A stretch of 43,971 nt of DNA from a virus. Of the stretch, positions 41,172-43,971 are shown in pieces. Made by a program: the position numbers and the translations under genes. The DNA is taken from positions 1-43,971 of IMG/VR virus record IMGVR_UViG_3300045988_020849. The stretch is one strand, 5' to 3'. Under the pieces are notes generated by a model that was given only the letters and a program-made list of their open reading frames with translations, had not been told where the DNA came from and did no database searches. Every line of letters starts with the position of its first letter. The stretch's first letter is position 1.

Positions 41172-41432
41172 TTATTTTATTTTCCATGTATGCCCGCATT
41201 TCTGGCATACACACATGGTGGAATGCTCGGTGTTGGAATACTTCTCAGTTTTCCCTTTTGCACCCTTCAAAAGCTGATAGGGCGATGTAAGCAACCAGAA
41301 CATAGCTTTAAAGATCCATATCCACCATGAAACACACAGCCAGTATACCCAACCGTGCTTATGAACTCTCACAACTTCCTCCGATACAACTTGAACTTTC
41401 ACATCTTCGCTTCCACATTTTGGACATATCAT
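41172..41432 (-). CDS. Membrane protein flanked by two zinc-ribbon halves
   Basis: MICPKCGS...(Trp-rich TM WVYWLCVSWWIWIFKAMFWLL)...CQKCGH. Start taken at M8 of the track ORF, 8 nt after AAGGAGG. Confidence 0.55.
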   Translation of the reverse strand: MICPKCGSEDVKVQVVSEEVVRVHKHGWVYWLCVSWWIWIFKAMFWLLTSPYQLLKGAKGKTEKYSNTEHSTMCVCQKCGHTWKIK

Positions 41433-41561
41433 ACTGTTTTCCTCCTTGCTCATGCATAAACTTCAAATATTTGCATATACTTATCATATCACTACAAATA
41501 ATTGAAGTAAAGGCAATATTACTGTTCAATTTTGACATTTTTCGATAATGGAGGGACGAAG

Positions 41562-41666
41562 ATGGATTATAAGAAGAAAATCATCGACTTGCTGGAGAAG
41601 GTGCAGACGGATCAGACGTTGGAACGGGTATACAAATTATTATTGTATCTCTATCTGAGAGAATAG
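41562..41666 (+). CDS. Small protein (34 aa)
   Basis: GGAGGG lies 6 nt upstream, and a strong terminator follows immediately. MDYKKKIIDLLEKVQTDQTLERVYKLLLYLYLRE. Confidence 0.4.
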   Translation: MDYKKKIIDLLEKVQTDQTLERVYKLLLYLYLRE

Positions 41667-41668
41667 CA

Positions 41669-41708
41669 GAAGAGCCGGGGGATCAATCCTCGGCTCTTCC
41701 TTTTTTTG
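41669..41708 (+). terminator. Rho-independent terminator
   Basis: gaagagccg pairs with cggctcttc (9 bp) and is followed by T7. Confidence 0.75.
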
Positions 41709-41723
41709 TGCTATTCTTTCGTG

Positions 41724-42104
41724 CTATTCTTTTTTGAGTTCATTCAAGATCTCTTCGATCTGCCGCCAGCGGCTTTCGTCCAGCCTTGCGAACTGTACAA
41801 GAATCTTCTTGGCGAATTCGTTGTCTCCCGTCATGACGGAATCCACGATAGCCTGCGCATCGCTATCGTCATCTTGGAACATTTCTCCGGTTCCGTTCAC
41901 AAGCCAATCATAGTTGACTTTATGGGCGGCACATATCAGCTTGATATTCTTTTCAGACAAATCTCTTTGCCCACTCTCGATCATGGAGAGTGCAGCTTGC
42001 TTAATAGCAAGCGTTTCGGCGAAATCTTTCTGATTCATACCAAGCTTCTTTCTAAGAGCAGAAACTCTTTCATTGATTGTTCCCAAATGTATCCCTCCTT
42101 TCAT
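41724..42104 (-). CDS. CI-like repressor (XRE-family HTH)
   Basis: INERVSALRKKLGMNQKDFAETLAIKQAALSMIESGQRDLSEKNI. Either a leaderless ATG at 42104, or TTG at 42086 7 nt after GGAGG. The track ORF is extended to 42377. Confidence 0.8.
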   Translation of the reverse strand: MKGGIHLGTINERVSALRKKLGMNQKDFAETLAIKQAALSMIESGQRDLSEKNIKLICAAHKVNYDWLVNGTGEMFQDDDSDAQAIVDSVMTGDNEFAKKILVQFARLDESRWRQIEEILNELKKE

Positions 42105-42108
42105 TATT

Positions 42109-42137
42109 ATGATATCACTTGTGTGATAAAAAGTCAA
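42109..42137 (-). promoter_or_regulatory. Repressor promoter (minus strand): TTGACT-N17-TATCAT
   Basis: -35 at 42137-42132 and -10 at 42114-42109. The -10 ends 4 nt before ATG 42104, suggesting a leaderless transcript. Confidence 0.5.
42114..42127. promoter_or_regulatory. Operator O1: ATCAC-TTGT-GTGAT
   Basis: 14-bp dyad overlapping the repressor promoter. Confidence 0.6.
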
Positions 42138-42156
42138 GAAAATGTGATAAAAATGC

Positions 42157-42185
42157 TTGACAAAATATAACAAGAGTGATAATAT
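42157..42185 (+). promoter_or_regulatory. Rightward early promoter: TTGACA-N17-TAATAT
   Basis: Near-consensus sigma-A type hexamers with 17-nt spacing, divergent from the repressor promoter. Confidence 0.65.
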
Positions 42186-42188
42186 ACA

Positions 42189-42202
42189 ATCACAAGGGTG
42201 AT
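42189..42202. promoter_or_regulatory. Operator O2: ATCAC-AAGG-GTGAT
   Basis: Same half-sites as O1, immediately downstream of the -10. Extra GTGAT half-sites at 42144-42148 and 42176-42180. Confidence 0.6.
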
Positions 42203-42379
42203 ACAAAAACCTTGAGCGCTTGCCGCAAATGAAAAAATCTGATGGGAGTGTCGTTCCCACCAGATCATCATCAAGTTTGTTTACCCTATATGCTTTGCAG
42301 ATTAAAAAATCGCAACCAACGACACTGGTCGCTTCTTGAAGCACCTTGTCACTTTCGCAGTCTTGAATCTGCAACATGC

Positions 42380-42490
42380 CTAATCGCTGACAAAACAGTC
42401 AGAGCCGTCTTTAACCTGTTTTAACTGTCTAGGTATCAGTGCGGACGGATTAAAAGCAAAGGGAGCAGGCAAAGTCAAAAGTTTGGTCAT
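42380..42490 (-). CDS. Small ORF (36 aa) inside the long early leader
   Basis: ATG lies 9 nt after AAGGAG on the minus strand. A perfect TATAAT (plus 42556-42561) lies upstream. No motif recognised. Confidence 0.3.
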   Translation of the reverse strand: MTKLLTLPAPFAFNPSALIPRQLKQVKDGSDCFVSD

Positions 42491-42607
42491 GGGAGACCAC
42501 TCCTTCCTTTTGCCATTAGGCATAACCATAATAGCACAAACAAGCGGCGAGCGCAATTATAAAGATTCAAACAGATTCAACAAATAAGAATCACGAGGAG
42601 GATGAAA

Positions 42608-42808
42608 ATGAAAGCAAACCGAAAAAAGCTTAAACTTGCGATGGCAAGAGCCTGCATGAACACGGCGGATCTGGTAAAAAAGTCCGCCATGCCTCGACCG
42701 ACAGTAAACAGTGTGATTATCGGACGAGATGTGAGACCGGCAACGATAGGCAAGATTGCCCGTGCATTGGATGTCGATGTGACAGACATCCTTGAAGTTG
42801 AAGAATAG
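42608..42808 (+). CDS. Cro-like XRE-family HTH regulator
   Basis: LKLAMARACMNTADLVKKSAMPRPTVNSVIIGRDVRPATIGKIARAL. ATG 42608 lies 7 nt after GAGGAGG (track start 42602). Confidence 0.75.
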   Translation: MKANRKKLKLAMARACMNTADLVKKSAMPRPTVNSVIIGRDVRPATIGKIARALDVDVTDILEVEE

Positions 42809-42830
42809 AACGACTGAAAGGGGTGAGTAT

Positions 42831-42977
42831 ATGTCAGACGAAAAAAGAAACCTTATCAGAGATGTAACAACACAGATCGACAAGCTCCCGGAAGATAAAA
42901 AGCATTATATCCTCGGCTATATGGCTGGAGTGATCGACTGCAACACGGAAGCCTGTAAGGATCAGAAAGACAAATAA
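42831..42977 (+). CDS. Small hypothetical protein (48 aa)
   Basis: ATG 42831 follows AAGGGGTGA. The track ORF is extended to 42792. Confidence 0.45.
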   Translation: MSDEKRNLIRDVTTQIDKLPEDKKHYILGYMAGVIDCNTEACKDQKDK

Positions 42978-42989
42978 AGGGGTGAGAGC

Positions 42990-43217
42990 ATGAAGGTTAC
43001 GTATGGGAAAGAGAAGAGTGACAATATCCGCGTGCTGATCGCCAAAGTCAAGGCACAGAAGCAGTACGATAACGAGAAGATGGCGAAGTGCTTAGGACTC
43101 AAGATCGGAACCTATTACAATCGCCTCCGCGATCCATCCACCTTCCGCTCCGGAGAGCTGTGGCGGCTGATGCAGATTGGAAAGGTTCCGGACAGCGAAA
43201 AAGCGGATTATCTGTAA
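42990..43217 (+). CDS. Small putative DNA-binding protein (75 aa)
   Basis: MAKCLGLKIGTYYNRLRDPSTFRSGELWRL is HTH-like. AAGGGGTGA RBS. Confidence 0.45.
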   Translation: MKVTYGKEKSDNIRVLIAKVKAQKQYDNEKMAKCLGLKIGTYYNRLRDPSTFRSGELWRLMQIGKVPDSEKADYL

Positions 43218-43231
43218 GGGAGGTGGACGGA

Positions 43232-43342
43232 ATGACAATGTTTCTGTTGGGAGCCATGATCGGAGCTGTTGGTACACTTGCATGGCTGTGTGTATGGGCA
43301 GATCGGATCGAGAGAGAAAAACACGACAAGAAAGGGAAGTAA
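43232..43342 (+). CDS. Small single-TM protein (36 aa)
   Basis: ATG 43232 follows GGGAGGTGG. MTMFLLGAMIGAVGTLAWLCVWA then a charged tail. Confidence 0.45.
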   Translation: MTMFLLGAMIGAVGTLAWLCVWADRIEREKHDKKGK

Positions 43343-43344
43343 AG

Positions 43345-43500
43345 ATGGATGAGAGCACAAAAGATAGTCCACTGGCAAGCGAAGTGATCGCGCAGGCGAG
43401 AATGGAAACAATCAAATGGATGATCGCGTGGACAATAACGGCGGCGTTCGCGATGGGAAGCAATTTAGCGTGGATCATCGCCGCGTGTGTGAACAGATAG
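43345..43500 (+). CDS. Small membrane protein (51 aa)
   Basis: ATG 43345 follows AAAGGGAAG. Hydrophobic WMIAWTITAAFAMGSNLAWIIAACV. Confidence 0.45.
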   Translation: MDESTKDSPLASEVIAQARMETIKWMIAWTITAAFAMGSNLAWIIAACVNR

Positions 43501-43510
43501 GGGGGATCAG

Positions 43511-43747
43511 ATGAAATCAATGATCTTAATCATGAGCCGCCTGGAAGCCGAGAAGCGGCTCAGAGCAAAAAAACGTCAGATGATGATCCAGCAGGCGATC
43601 AAGTGCCTCGCGCGGATCGCAACACTCGCATGTGGCTTCTGGGGAGTGTTCGCGATCGCAGCGCCTTACTCCACGATGGGTGTGGCGGGTGTGCTGGCGG
43701 CGCTGGCGATGATACCAATGATGTATGGGATGGAGGAAATGGAATGA
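43511..43747 (+). CDS. Small membrane protein (78 aa)
   Basis: Track ORF with a GGGGGA RBS and two hydrophobic segments. Confidence 0.5.
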   Translation: MKSMILIMSRLEAEKRLRAKKRQMMIQQAIKCLARIATLACGFWGVFAIAAPYSTMGVAGVLAALAMIPMMYGMEEME

Positions 43748-43971
43748 AGAAATATGAATTAACAGCCGAAAGCATTGTGAAGTTCGGCAGGACACTTTTT
43801 AGAATTAAGGCTCTGGTAGCCTTTGGAAATGTTGAAGAGGGAGAGCTTGGAGGATTTGTCGAGCAAGAAGGAAACCTCGCTCAGTCTGGAAAAGCGTGGG
43901 TTAGCGGAAACGCGTGGGTTAGCGGAAACGCGGTGGTTAGCGGAAACGCGGTGGTTAGCGGAAACGCGGTG
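43744..43971 (+). CDS. N-terminal part of the hexapeptide-repeat protein (3' truncated by the window edge; continues at nt 2)
   Basis: ATGA overlap with the upstream gene. MKKYELTAESIVKFGRTLFRIKALVAFGNVEEGELGGFVEQEGNLAQSGKAWVSGNAWVSGNAVV... Confidence 0.75.
   Translation, partial: MKKYELTAESIVKFGRTLFRIKALVAFGNVEEGELGGFVEQEGNLAQSGKAWVSGNAWVSGNAVVSGNAVVSGNAV
43888..43971 (+). repeat. Tandem 18-nt repeats (5' part of the array that continues at nt 1)
   Basis: Units ggaaaagcgtgggttagc, ggaaacgcgtgggttagc and ggaaacgcggtggttagc x2 plus a partial unit. Confidence 0.9.

Noticed and set aside
1-43971. Retron, DGR, CRISPR-Cas, toxin-antitoxin or known abortive-infection modules
   Set aside because: I recognised no reverse transcriptase, Cas-like or obvious toxin/antitoxin pair in any frame. 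The diversity mechanism seen in the tail fibre is inversion-type, not DGR-type.

Overview
The window looks like a complete, circularly permuted genome (~43.9 kb) of a temperate siphovirus-like phage of a Gram-positive (Bacillota/Clostridia-type) host. It is not an integrated prophage. The first 46 nt equal the last 46 nt, one gene spans the junction, and an intact attP sits next to the integrase. GGAGG-type RBSs and ATGA/GTGA start-stop overlaps are frequent. Modules: early/recombination/replication 1-12042 (Gp157, ERF, NinB-like, RusA, replisome-organizer-like protein with internal iterons, HNH, YopX, ASCH-like, two C5-methyltransferase-type genes, an extra tyrosine recombinase); packaging and head 12282-24729 (TerS-TerL fusion, portal, gp7-like minor capsid, scaffold, major capsid), interrupted by a ~5 kb accessory island at 17135-22323; head-tail joining and tail 24741-38149; lysis 38161-39016; attP 39017-39260; lysogeny module 39232-42104 (integrase, lipoprotein, membrane zinc-ribbon protein, CI-like repressor); genetic switch 42105-42808; small early ORFs 42831-43971. 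The accessory island holds a sigma region-4-like protein, Met-rich small proteins, a reverse-strand homing-endonuclease-like gene, a Cys-rich membrane protein, a C1q/BclA-CTD-like protein, a ferritin-like protein, a GC-rich structured non-coding region and a tRNA-Met(CAU). Most interesting: (1) perfect in-frame 18-bp inverted repeats bracket a 701-bp segment holding two opposed tail-fibre C-terminal cassettes, suggesting an invertible host-range switch, with an orphan tyrosine recombinase as the candidate invertase; (2) ~300 nt of hairpin-dense non-coding DNA fused to a phage tRNA; (3) a conserved ~70-nt stem-loop leader duplicated in front of the major capsid and major tail genes; (4) an in-frame TAG splitting a head-tail module ORF; (5) a TerS-TerL fusion. 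All functional calls come from reading the translated ORFs and motifs by eye. No database search was run.
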